Of a DNA stretch of 64,000 nt, positions 1-12,650 are shown piece by piece (the stretch's first letter is position 1; each line of letters begins with the position of its first letter). This stretch comes from Camelus ferus (Eukaryota): positions 13,206,001 to 13,270,000 of the forward strand of contig NC_045712.1 of assembly GCF_009834535.1 (NCBI RefSeq), given 5' to 3'. Made by a program: the position numbers and the translations under genes. The notes beneath the pieces are model-generated. The model did no database searches. It was not told the origin of the DNA and saw nothing but the letters and a program-made list of their open reading frames with translations.

Positions 1-2
1 AT

Positions 3-299
<297 letters not shown>

Positions 300-704
300 T
301 AAATGTCCTTTAAAAAGTTTGTGAATGAGCAGGGTACCTCCATGGCATAAATGCATTCCCTGGGTTGGATGAAAAGCTTTGAAGCTGCTCTAACATTTCA
401 GGAAATTGTTAGGGTTGTATTGAATATAGTAAAGCAGTAATTTACTAAAAATGTAGATCCATTTGAATAAATGAATTCTAAACTTGGTTTTCTGCAGTGA
501 GAATTTTTTGTGAGAGAGAGCTCCAGTGTTCTTTCAGTGACCATTATATTCTCATTAGCAGGGAAGACACTAGATGCTACAAAAATGCCTTATTAGCATA
601 AAATAAGTAACGGAATCAGTCTCCTTGTGCCTTATGGTACCACCCCCAAATCCAATTTCTGTTCAGCATCCTATTGATCGGATTTTATATTATAAAATTG
701 GTAA

Positions 705-1382
<678 letters not shown>

Positions 1383-1689
1383 TAGATTTATTTTCTTTGA
1401 TTTTGTTTTAACCCTAAAGTCACTGTTTAACTTACTGACCATCTGGTTATTTGGGGCTTTTTAAATTTGGGGCTTACTCCTTTAAGATCATTTTTTTAAA
1501 AATACTTGGAAATGTATTCAGAATGCCTTCTGATTTCTCCAAATGCTAGTCTGTTTAGGATAAAGGTTGTGTTTATGCATGATGTGTTTTTATAAACGGA
1601 CATGTGTAGCTAGAGTGATACCTTTACGTGTAAATCAGATTGTGCCTTTTAAAAACCATTAAGATTGGAAAACTTTTATTCCTTAAGTC

Positions 1690-2205
1690 TCCTGAACCTA
1701 GCCTGCACTGGGTGCGTGCAGAATGTGGCTCTCAGCCTTTCTCCCAACCTCATCTCTCACTCCTCAACCCCCCTCACTATGCTTGGCCACCTGGCTTCTT
1801 TTCTGTAGTGCCTTCAGTGCTCCATGCCCTTTCTGCCTCAGGGCCTTTGCACTTCCTGTTCCCGCTGCTCAGAAGGCTCTTTTCCCAACTCTTGACTAGG
1901 ACAGCTCAGTCTTACTCAAGTCTCCTCCTGAGAGAGGGTTTCTCTGATCACTTATCTAAATTAGCCCCCAGAACCCCCATGTAATCTCTACATTTCTTCA
2001 TAGGTTTTATCACAATCATTGTTTTGTATATTTATTTATTTTTCTCTGTTGCTCTCCCTTTTTCATTACAATGTAAGATCCATTAAGCCAGGGCCCATGT
2101 CTGCATGTTGACAGCTGTATCCCCAGCATTTAACAGGGTACCTGACTCCTGCTAGGTATTCATGAATGAATGGGGGATGAATGAGTGAATGCATGAATGA
2201 ATAGG
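1690..2205 (+). mobile_element. L2 LINE 3' end, degraded
   Basis: Motifs cctcagggcctttgcacttcctgttccc and tgtaagatccat, plus a terminal (tgaa)n tail. Confidence 0.8.
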
Positions 2206-2804
2206 TATGTGATTATTTATACTTGGCAGGCCCAGCAGCTCCACCAGTCATATTAAAAATATCTCGTCATACCCATACCCATGTTTTAATTAAGTAGTTA
2301 AGGACCTCTCAGAACTGGGGTATTCTAAATCTTGAGATAGTTGGCTTTCTTTTTTCCCTTGCCTTCATCCCCCCTCCACCTTCACACCCATGCCGCACCT
2401 GAACTCCCAGGGCCTCACACTGAGAAATATTTCCCACATGTTGAAATGTCTTGCTCCTGGGTCTGTATTCGTGACTAATCTTGATTGATCACCTCACACT
2501 GGGGCTGAGATTGGTCAATCCCCTGATCCTTGCCAACATGATGTGTTTCATGCACAGTGTATTTTGACCCTTTGAAAAGAGATCAGGAACCAGACTTCTC
2601 TTTCTTCTTGGTTTCACTGTGACAGAAAAGCTTGTTCATGTCACGGCTTAGGTCCTCATGAGGCTGTGTGTTCTCTGATCAGAATGATTGGGGTTGTTGG
2701 AAGGAAATCCAAGATTCCGAACTGTCTGTGTGAATCAAAATGCTCAGTCCAGCCTTCTTGAAAGGGTGTAGAAGCCATTTGAAGATTTTATATTTTAAAA
2801 GTTA

Positions 2805-2836
2805 TTTCTACTCATAAAATTTTCTACTCATAAAAT
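2805..2836. repeat. Perfect 16-bp tandem duplication (tttctactcataaaat)x2
   Basis: Read directly from the sequence. Confidence 0.95.
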
Positions 2837-2947
2837 TTAGAATATAAGTCTCTTCTTGTACCTAGATCACTTGACTGCGCAGGTAATTGTGTTTTAAATG
2901 GTGACTAGTGACTGAGATGTAGTAGGAAGTGACTTGATGTTAACAAT

Positions 2948-2981
2948 GAGGGGGGAGGAGGAGGAGGAGGTGAAGGAGGGG
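2948..2981. repeat. Purine-rich (GGA)n tract
   Basis: gaggggggaggaggaggaggaggtgaaggagggg. Confidence 0.85.
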
Positions 2982-4983
2982 CAGGATGATGATACCTGGC
3001 ACTTACAGACAAGTTAGTGGTTCAACTCACTTTCAAACTTACACACGCCTCTCATGTTATTTCTATCACATCCCTGAAAGATAGGAAGGTCCCAACCAAC
3101 AGCAGAATTGGGAAGTTCACCTGGATTCTTTGGTTTCCAGTCCAGTGCCCTGCCCCACTTAAGTCTGAATACCACTGATTTTTGCATAATGGCTGGTTTC
3201 ATCGGCCAGCAACTTGGGACTTTTAAATAGCTCTTGGTACATCGGGGCATCTGTGATTCAGCCGCTGCTCCTTTGACACCACAAATCATCCTGCTCTCCT
3301 TCCTCATTTATTTGCTTCTTTGTTTCTTTTGTCACTGTGATGAGTTTTTCTTTTCCACTCATTTCACTTTTAAGGAGACCAAAAAGCACAGTCTCATTAT
3401 TATCTCCTAACTTACAGTAGCTCCTGGAACCATATTGTAATGAATTTGCCCAGACTCGCAAACAGCTCGTTATAAAAACATACACCTTGATTTCAAATGT
3501 GTTTACATTCTCTCTTCTTAATTCTTAAGACTTTCTTTTGGGTAATGCCATTATGTTTTATAACATTCAAATAATAAGGGAAGATTCAGAATATATTGTA
3601 ACATTAGTCAACATCTACAGGGTTTATTCCAAAAGCTGAGTAATTTTAAATCAGTGTAACATCAGAAGCCCTTAAAATACACCATATGCCTTGTGTTTGA
3701 TTTATGTATCAGATAGAAAGTTTGTACAATCTGTACTTGGCAGGCCAGCACCAGCTACTATTAATCTTTCTAGAAAGCATATAAATATATTTGTTTCTGC
3801 CATATATCAGTTGTTTGAATCGGGGCTGGCATTTTAATCATTCTTCCTCTATGAGGGAGTGTAAATGAGAAAGTTTGATGATCAGCAAGGATGCAGCTAG
3901 CTTAAATGAGAAACTAAATGGCCACTTCACTGATTCTGTCTAATGAATCTCATTTCTGTCATAACTCCTGGTAAACAGATGGATAAACTCATTAAATCCA
4001 CACCATTCTTGATTCTCAGAAATTCACATCTCAAGGATAGGTGTTTCTCTGTTTTAAAGAACTAGCCTTTTCTACTTTGGGGCAGAACTAGCTATGTTGG
4101 TATTTTGGTTTTCACTCTTAATCTCCCTGGCTCATTTTTGATACTGGTTCTTGTCATGATCAGGTGCATTTTGGTTTTAGCTTTTTTCTTTTTTCTTTTT
4201 TGTGTCTTCTTTTCGCCAACGTGGGAACAAGCAGAACTTGAAATATCATTTGTAAATTTCTGGAGACAGTTTCTTAGGTCAGGCTCAGAGTTTGCTGGGG
4301 GTGTCCATCCACATGTCTCTTCTCTATAAACGTGTCCCTGCCTGCTGATGTCAGTCAAGTTCTTTAAAGGGCAGCGCCTTCTTCCTGTGCCTGGCTCCCC
4401 ATCTTCCCACAGTGAGTTCGTTCCTCCTTCTCCCTCTGCTGTCCAGTGAGGAGAATGCCTTTTATTTTTCTGAATTTTTCACTTAGCATTTGCATGCAGA
4501 CAACTCGTTACCTGATACCAGTGTGAGTCTAGAGGCTTTTTCAGGTATTTGGAAAATCACACTAGAAGGTGATTACTGTTTTTTTGTGCAGTTTTTTTAA
4601 TTTACAAAAGATAAAGAATTTGTCACATAAAGGTTTTGGGTTTTTTTTTTTTTTTTAGCTTACAAATGGATTATATTATTTGTAGCATAAACTACCTGTG
4701 CCCCACTGTGCAAAATATTTTGTATGTTTGGCTAATTTATACCTGTTAGGAGGTGAGATACTCTTGAAGATCTAATTTGGAGCTAAGTCAGAATCCTCAG
4801 CTTTAGAGAAGATTTGGAATACTTTATGAGAGTGGAGAACATATGTTTTACTTTTGAGAGAAAATAGATATTGAAGAAGAAGTTGAATTGGGGGTTTCAG
4901 AAGCCCATCTCTAGTTCAAACTCTGGCCATAACTCCTCTCTACCTCTAACTCGGTTACTACTCCTGCCATGAGACTCATTTCT

Positions 4984-5119
4984 TTTTTTTTTTTTTTTTA
5001 ATTCAAATATAGTTGATTTACAATGTTGTGTTAGTTTCTGGTGCATGACATAATGAACTAAATATAGAGTTATCATATGATTCAGCAACCGCTCTCCTGG
5101 GCATATATCTGGAGATACT
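4984..5119 (-). mobile_element. Short 5'-inverted L1 insertion (3' end plus inverted ORF2-end fragment)
   Basis: Poly-T and antisense L1 3' terminus (atagttgatttacaatgttgtgttagtttctgg) joined at about 5056 to a sense L1 ORF2-end motif (atagagttatcatatgattcagcaacc...ctcctgggcatatatc). Flanked by tcatttct at 4976-4983 and 5120-5127. Confidence 0.8.
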
Positions 5120-5244
5120 TCATTTCTAGAAATGATAGATCATTTCTTTATTCCCCCCCCGAAAAAAGAATGTTTTGAGCCAGATCATCTTTAGGGTGAC
5201 CTCTTCTAGCTCTAATGTTATGCAGAGAATGACCTCATTGATGT

Positions 5245-5420
5245 GTAGAGGGAAGAACACCAGCTTCAGGAATCAGAGGATGCAAATTTAAATTCCAAGC
5301 TCCTGCCTTTGCTGCCTGCATGACGTCAAGCAAGTCATCTGGGAAAATGAGAATACTATTACTTATTTGCATGTGCGTGATAGAGATGAAATAAGGTAGC
5401 ATTTGTGCCAATTCCTGACC
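5245..5420 (+). mobile_element. MIR fragment
   Basis: Degraded MIR core (caagcaagtcatctgggaaaatgagaata). Confidence 0.6.
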
Positions 5421-5728
5421 TAAAAGCAGTCGCATGATAAATCAGTGTTTTACTGATAATGCCTAATATCAGAAGCCACTGGGTGTGGTGGCTTTTTATT
5501 TAAAAAAAAAAAAAAAGGAAAAAAGACTGCAGTCCGTACCTACAGAATCTTAATCTTAATATCCAGGCACCTGTATTTTTTAGAAGTTCCACTGGCGGTT
5601 CTGATGTAAAACCAGAATTGCAACCAATATTAGACTGCTACCCTCTTGGTCCCTTCTCGTATGAGCCTGTGGCATATAACTTGGGAGTGAAATACAGTTT
5701 CTGAAACTAAACAGTTGTTTTCATTTCT

Positions 5729-5863
5729 TTTTTTTTTTTTTCTTGAGGGAGGAGGTATTAGGTTTATTCATTTATTTATTTTTAGAGGAGGAACTGGGGA
5801 TTGAACCCAGAACCCCCTGCATGCTAAGCATGCACTCTACCGCTTGAGCTATACCCTCCCCCC
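5729..5863 (-). mobile_element. tRNA-Ala-derived SINE (camelid Vic-1-like), full length
   Basis: Reverse complement reads gggggagggtatagctcaagcggtagagtgcatgcttagcatgca...ggttcaatcccc (A and B boxes), then an A-rich tail. 9-bp TSD ttcatttct at 5720-5728 and 5864-5872. Confidence 0.92.
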
Positions 5864-6744
5864 TTCATTTCTAAGTAATACTCTTTCAAAGTCTGCTTTA
5901 TAAGCAACAGACTTCTCCATCTTCCCTAAGGTCCATTTCAGCTCCCAAATTTGACATTTTTCTACTTCAGAGGGGAAGAGAAGGGAGGACTTGGTCTCAG
6001 AGAGGCTACTTTTAAAGATGACCTCCCAGTGGCTTTTGCTGACCACAACAGAGTGAGAAGTGATGTTTTGTACATGGAGCGCTTTTGTCTGGGCACTGAG
6101 TGCCGTTAGGATTTGAATATAAAGGAATGAAATGTTAGGATTCCTGGAGGGCAGGACTATATCCAACTTTGACTTTTGTATCCTTGGCACGTCAGGGAGA
6201 ACCTATAAGGTCTTAGTAAATACTAGCCAAAGAAATCAGGCTTGCTCCACAAGTCCCAGTAGAAAATTAATTATATAGCTTTATAGGCACTCTTTATAAG
6301 TAGAAAACTAGTAAAGACATGTTAAAAGACAAAAATGAAATAGGAAAATGGTGGCAGTGATAGTGAATGATATGTTACTACTGTCATGGATTGAGTACTT
6401 ACTGCGTACCAGGATTGTTACCATGATACATGCAATACACACACACACACACAAATAAACATCCCAACATCCTACTGTTGTGACCACACTGGAACTTGCA
6501 TCCATTTACAACGGGATTCTCAGTAGGACCCTCTGGGAAATGAGGGCAGCAGTGGGTGGGGGGAAAAACAATGAAAGAACTGCTTTTATTTTAGGTGTTT
6601 AGACTCCACAGCTAAATTTGCTTAGTAGAAAGCAAAAGGGGAGATTTCCGGTTTAGTTGGGAAAGCATGTATAAGACTCCTCCCTGCTTAAAGCATTTGT
6701 AATAAAAAACCATAAACACTTCCACAGTGCGCCAGGCATAGTTG

Positions 6745-6930
6745 ATCCTAAACATTCTCCATCATAATGCAGGAGTCCTCTGAGGTTGGTAAAACCTTGC
6801 CTGCATGTTAGGGAGGCCCAGAGAGGTTCAGTGATTCACCAGAACCACACAGCCCATTTGTGGCAAGCTAGGACTTGAACACAGGGATTTCAGTTGCAGA
6901 GACTGATCGCTTAACCACTATGCTAAGCAG
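6745..6930 (-). mobile_element. MIR
   Basis: gaggcccagagaggttcagtgattcaccagaaccacacagc...ggacttgaacacagg...ttaaccacta. Confidence 0.75.
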
Positions 6931-7439
6931 CCATTTGACTTTAGACAAGAAACTCCAATACCATAACTGTTGAGGAGTATATCTTATACATAAAGGAATG
7001 AATAAGGTCTGAAGTCCATGGCAAATTAATGCCACTTAATTTTCATTCACAATTACTGATGATATTTAGTTCATTAAATCGTCATCGATCCACAGAGGGA
7101 AAGCAGCATCTAATCTCATCATCTAAGCGCATGATTAGCACTCAATTGTCTTTGTGTGTGTTTTTCCCCTTCTGAAACGATGCAAAACCATCATAATTAA
7201 AACCGCAGTGAGCTGGGGGCCGGGAGAGTTAAACCCGGGCGATCAGGCACCTCTCTTCTCTCTGCCCTCTGGTCACAGACTGGAGAATGAATTGCAAATT
7301 GCACCACTTAAGTGTTTGACTGCCAGAATCTCTCAAATTGAGCTGCAGGGCCTCAGAAAGGAGAATTCTGGCTGCTGGCAGAGTGGTCGCCTCGTCCTGG
7401 TGGATTGTGTGTATTCACAGCAGTGGCACTGTCGGCTCT

Positions 7440-7975
7440 CCCGCCTCCCTCTTCCTCCCACCTCATCCCCAGCCTCTGCCATCCATCATGCGACACCTGG
7501 CCTCACCGCGGCCTTGCGACAGGTCTCACGCTTCTTCCTGTCCATTCTCCAGCTACGGAGATTTAAAGTCCATTGGATCAAGTCACTCCTCGTGTCAGGA
7601 TGGCTTCCCATCATTCAGCGTAAACTCCCAAGTCCTGTGTCAAGGCCCTCTCGCCCGCTCTTCCTCCTGTCTGTCTAGTTTCCTTGCCCGGAGAGCCACA
7701 GGGTCTGTCCCTCGTGTCCTTCGGGCTTCTGCTCAAAGGGCCTTCCTTCCGAGAAGCCCGCTCTGACCGCGCCATAGAAAATGACACAGCATCACAGCAC
7801 CCACCGCCATCAACATCCTGCTCCGTCCTGCTCCCTCATGCCGTGTCCCCTTCCCTGTGGTCTCCATGAGAGCAGGCACTGCGTCTCCATCACTCCCGGA
7901 TTCTCACCACCTAAAATCGTGCCCGGCACATGGGTCTTCAGAAAGTCATATCTATTAAAGGAAAAATAATGAAGT
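7440..7975 (+). mobile_element. L2 LINE 3' region
   Basis: gatcaagtcactcctc...gatggcttccca...aaggccct and ctccatgagagcaggcact...gtgcccggcacat. Confidence 0.75.
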
Positions 7976-8194
7976 AATGCTGGGCCCGTTGTTTTCATGA
8001 ATGCTCATCCTCAAGAGAACATCCTGAGGGGACGGGCAGCGGAAGACTGACCACCTCAGACTCACACAGTGAGGAAGTCACATAGTGTGGATCACAGCCC
8101 AGGTGTGCTGGCCTGCTCAGCGCACGGCTGCATCTAAGGACAGGGAAGTGCATTTCATGGGGGTGGATCGTGTTGGTCCAATTAAGCATGTTCT

Positions 8195-8386
8195 CCAGCG
8201 TCCAGGACAGTAGTCACTAGCCACATGTGGCTGTTCAGTTAATTAAAATTAAATTTGATATAAAGCTCAGCCCCACTGGCCACATTTCAAGAACCGAATG
8301 GCCACATGCGGCTAGTGGCTCCCACACTGGCCAGTGCAGTGATAAAGCATTTCCACCCACCCAGAAAGTGCTGGTGGACAGTGCTG
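8195..8386 (-). mobile_element. MER3-like hAT-Charlie non-autonomous DNA transposon
   Basis: cactagccacatgtggct, gccacatttcaag, gccacatgcggctagtggct and the terminal ggacagtgctg. Confidence 0.85.
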
Positions 8387-8524
8387 CTCGAGAGATTTTG
8401 ATTATTTTGCCCTCAAAGGCAATATGTTGGATATCCTTAATTTTACCTTTTCTCTTATTTTTGTACCTTTGAATAGAAGAAAAATAGGGAACTGAATGCA
8501 GCCTCGTGGATTTCTTTTTGTGCA

Positions 8525-8690
8525 GAGAATAGTAATAATAGGTCCTATTTATTAAATTCTTTCCACGTGTAGGTACAGCTCTAAGCTCCTTTCATGTGTT
8601 AACTGGATGGTAGGGGGTCACGAGGAACTGAGACTCAGAGAACATGAAAGACTTGTAAAGCATGAGCACTTGGGGCCACCTGCTCTGTCC
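8525..8690 (-). mobile_element. MIR fragment
   Basis: gaggaactgagactcagagaacatgaaagacttg. Confidence 0.6.
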
Positions 8691-10554
8691 CAGTCCTGGG
8701 ACGGGCTCATCAGGTTTTAACGAGGATTATAGATCCTCCACCTGGCCAGGAGGCATCTCATCAATGGGCCGATGTTGTTGAAGGAGCTTAATTTAAATTA
8801 TTTTTATTATGTAAAGTATCTTTAAAAGGGGGAAGAAACTTTTACACAAGAAAAATCCATCTTAAAAACCTTCTGTATAAAATAATGTATAATCCACCAC
8901 AGGACCTATCAGCAACTTACAGGTTGTCAGACCTCTGTTTAAAAAGGAAGAGGTTAAAGTCTTGGTGTGTTTATCTGATGCGGTATCTGAGACTAACTGA
9001 CCTCCCTGCTTACCTGTGGTGGTTAGTTTTTCTCGTCATTTTGGAAGTCGAGTCCTCTTGTCAAATCCAGTGTGCTGGCTAATGTCTTCCTAGCCACTAA
9101 ACGATGTTCAAGTTAAAATTAGCAAACTTCCTATCACTTCCACGGGGCTGAACGGGCTCCCGTTCATATTTGATATTAAGGAGCCTTCTGTCCTTTATTG
9201 TTAATGCAGTTTTAAGTTGCTATTTTGGTTTATGGCCGCAGTTGAAAGTTCTCAAGGATTATACTTGAGAATTCTTCATAGGATGGTAAGTCATATCTAT
9301 ATTTGAGAAGAGTCTTAGCAAAAGATGAGATAAATATAAAAATGTCTCTATTTTGGTTCCTTCGTTATATAATGGATAAAAATTACCCGCTCTCTTTCAG
9401 CATCCTAAGTAAGGAACTCTGATGTTTGGTCTTAAAATTTTTTAATGGATTTTGGTCCTATCATTTTTGAACCTAAGCAGACTTCACTGATTTGTTCTAA
9501 CATTTACATGCCGGTTTTGATTGGGTTGGATGGTTTGCATTGTATTCCTGTTATAGTCATACTGCAAAGTGGTCAGCACATCTAAAACTCCCAGTTTTGG
9601 TTTTTTTTTTTTTTCTTTTTTTCCTGTAAGAGAACATCTCATCCTCCTCGAAGGTAAACTTAATGCTTTTGTGCATTATTTATTATAAATGTGTGTGTGA
9701 TTTATAATTCTCATTAAAGAGTGGTGACGCCCCCTCCCCTTTCTGAAAGAGTGTAGGATTTCAAGTTAGAATTATTGGCACGGCCAGAAGGCTGTAGAAA
9801 ATCACTCTGTGTTTCCACTTACAGGGCCGAATTGGAATGTAAAAAGGTCTTTTTCCCTTTTTCGGGGACACATGCGTGAACATTCCAGGCCAAGGCACTG
9901 TGTAGACACTGGGAATGGAGCAAAACCGTCCGCAAAGAAAACAAACAAGTTTGCTCCTGGTTCAATGAAGCGTTTATTCTAGAGGAAGGAGGGAGGAGGG
10001 CAGAAACAATCAGATGAACAAGAAAATGTCATGCAGAGAGAGGTGCTCTGAAGAAAATGAAACTGGATGACGTGAGCGGGAGTGAGATGGGTAGGGGGTT
10101 GAGAGGCCTGCTTTCGAATAGGCAGTGAGATTTGAGTGACCACAGGGAAGGAGACAGCGTCCCAGGAACGAAGGACAGTTAGTGCAAAGGCCCCAAGAGA
10201 GAACTTGAACGGGGGATAGTGACTGAAGACAAGTGAGCAGGGGGAGTGGTGATGGGTTTCGGATTCTGGCGACGAGGGTCAGAAATTCAGATTTTATTTT
10301 CAGTATGATGTCCTGTTCCAGGGAGTGAAGGGAAGAGATCTCATTAACAGATTTAGACAGTCCCCCCAGCATAGGGTGAAGAAGGTATTTTAGAGGAGCT
10401 GGCGTGAGAGGGGCAGACCCGGCAGGGCCATTGTGGTGCTTTGAGAAGGCTGTGGGCAGCGAAGAATAGAGTGATGGCAGAGGGGACAGAGTGAGGTGGG
10501 AGACTGGGGGTGTGTTTAGGAGAGTCAGCAGGAGTTGTTACGTGGTCTGCAGAA

Positions 10555-10736
10555 GAAGGGTTGGCAAACTCTTTGTGTGAAGGGCCAGATGGTAAATATT
10601 TTAGCTTTGTGGGCCATGTGGTCTCCGTCACCACCACTGTATTCTGCCGTTGCAGCAGATGATAGGGGAGCAAATAGACTGGTTGTGATCCAAGAAAACA
10701 TTATTTGGTCCACAGGCTATGGTTTGCTGACCCCTG
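10555..10736 (+). mobile_element. MER58A (hAT-Charlie)
   Basis: ttggcaaactctttgtgtgaagggccagatggtaaatattttagctttgtgggccat ... ggtttgctgacccctg. Confidence 0.88.
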
Positions 10737-10836
10737 CTGAAGAAGGAAAGGAAATGACAGGAGCCAAAAATGATCCCTAGTTTTCTGGCCTGGGCAGTTG
10801 GACACACAGAGGGGCCAATTGTTAAGATTTGGATAT

Positions 10837-10927
10837 GGGGAGGAGGGTGGATATAGCTCAGTGGTGGAACATGTGCTTAGTGTGCGTGAGGTCCTGGGTT
10901 CAATCCCCACTACCTCTGTTAATAAAA
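10837..10927 (+). mobile_element. Vic-1-like tRNA-derived SINE, short-tail form
   Basis: atatagctcagtggtgg...gaggtcctgggttcaatccccactacctc; degenerate TSD agatttggatat / agacttggatac. Confidence 0.88.
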
Positions 10928-11119
10928 GAGACTTGGATACTGAGGTAGGAGCAGGTGGACCTTGATCTCTGGCATCAGGGTTCCTTCTGAGACCTGTTAA
11001 TTGTGAAATGCCCATTTGATGTCCAAGTGGAGCAGACACGTAGGCGGTTGTCTGGGGTCTGGGGTGCATTGCTGGCGAGGTTAGAGCAGCAGATACATGC
11101 ATGGCTGAGACATTATCTT

Positions 11120-11395
11120 ATCAGTGAGCTTGCTACATGCCGTGAGCTGTGACCCATTACTGGGTCCTGAAACTGGTATATGGGGCTATAACCTGTGTTT
11201 TTCTGAAAAGTGGAATGAAATAGAAAACAGTGAGAGTGTCATACTCTGTAAAAATAAGCACTAATTCACTAAACTTGGACTTGTATGTGTGCCTTCACAT
11301 ACACAGTCACATACAAACGCATATATATGTGTGAATGTATTATAAAGTATATTTCTCATGCTCAGCCATGTTCAGGACAGTTTGTAAAACACACA
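11120..11395. mobile_element. hAT-type MITE remnant (family uncertain)
   Basis: Interrupts the L2; resembles MER-type hAT derivatives (gaatgaaatagaaaa...gtatatttctcatgc...gtttgtaaaacac). Confidence 0.5.
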
Positions 11396-12426
11396 CATAG
11401 ACAGGATTTAGAGCCAGAAGACCGAATGGAAGGACTTAGGGAAAGAGTAGGAAGATGAGAAGGAGACAGGACAGAACCCTTAGACACACCATCATTCAGG
11501 GGTCAGAGTGAGCAGGCGGGACCAGTAAAGGAGACGGTGATGGGGCGGCCCGTGCCAGTAGGAAGTATGCTGTTATGAATCCAAGAGAAGAAGGCGTCTC
11601 AGGGAGATGCCGTCCACACTGATGGCATCTAGAAGTAGCGGCATAGGAAGATGGACATGTTGCATGTGGCATTGGTCACCTCTGAGAGCTCAGTCCATGA
11701 AGTGTGGAAGTGCGGCAGCTGGGAGTGGGATTGAAGGCAGAAGTGAGATGGGGATTTGAGCAAGCTGTTCAAGAATTTTCCCCGGAAAATGGAACAGAGA
11801 AAAGACGTACTAGCTAGAGAGGGCTGCGCAGTTGAGAGAGTTTGATTTGCTTTTTAAGATGGGAGATACTGCAGCATCCTGATGTGCTGCTAGAAATACC
11901 AGAAGACAGAGAAACCGGAGACGTGAGGGGCAAGGGGAATCGCTGTAGGAGTGAGGGTTTTAAGAAGGGAAGGGAGATAGGGCCCAGCATTCAGGAGGAG
12001 TGGCTGGCTTTTAGAATCGTATGTGTTAATTGCAGAAAATGGGACTAGCTTTGGTGCTTCTTTTTTCTCCTCAAATTAAACTAGTGACATTTCTATATAT
12101 TGATGTTTCCTGTTGGTAGAATCAGTTGAAGTTCTAGTTTAGCTGTTCTTCTACTCTGTATAATTTCATAGTTCTGAATTGGTGATGAGTCTTTTTCCGG
12201 TTGACCCATTCCTGGTCCTAATGGAGGACTGGGTGCGCTCTTTGTGCACAGCCCTGGGGTAACGAGAGAGAAAACAGGGTACTCACCGCCTCGTTAGGGA
12301 GGCAAGACTAGCAGGTGAAGATTACCCGCAGATAGTCTGAATCTGTGCAGTACAGATTTGGACAAGAGGTGTGTCAGGGAGGGTGGGGGTGACAAGGGAG
12401 CCTTTTTGAACGACAGGAAGCTAGAG

Positions 12427-12650
12427 CAGAGTGTCTCAGCCTCAGTGCTATTGACATTTGGGGCCAGATAATTCTTCTTTGCAGAGGTCCGTCCTGAGCA
12501 TTGTAGGATGTTTAACAGCATCCATGATCCCTGCCCAGCAGCATGCCTGCCTCCACACTCCCTCCCCTGAGTTGTATTAACAAAAAAATGTCTCCAGACG
12601 TTGACAGATGACCCCCGGGGAACAAAATTGCCCTCTGCTGAGAACTACTG
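12427..12650 (-). mobile_element. MER20 (hAT-Charlie), near full length
   Basis: ctattgacatttggggccagataattc...cattgtaggatgtttaacagcatcc...aaaaatgtctccagac...gagaactactg; 8-bp flanks agctagag / gactagag. Confidence 0.92.

Larger units (their letters stand above)
9950..12050 (-). mobile_element. Long L2 remnant interrupted by three younger insertions
   Basis: L2 antisense motifs (gtgcaaaggcccc, ttttctggcctgggcagttgg, gggtcagagtgagcagg...ccagtaaaggagac) resume after each insertion. Confidence 0.75.

Noticed and set aside
2221-3746. Repeated 12-mer acttggcaggcc at 2221 and 3735
   Set aside because: Only two short copies with unrelated flanks; compatible with chance or NFI half-sites.
7154-7766. 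174-aa and 142-aa ORFs
   Set aside because: They overlap an L2 remnant, have non-ATG starts and show no recognisable domain.
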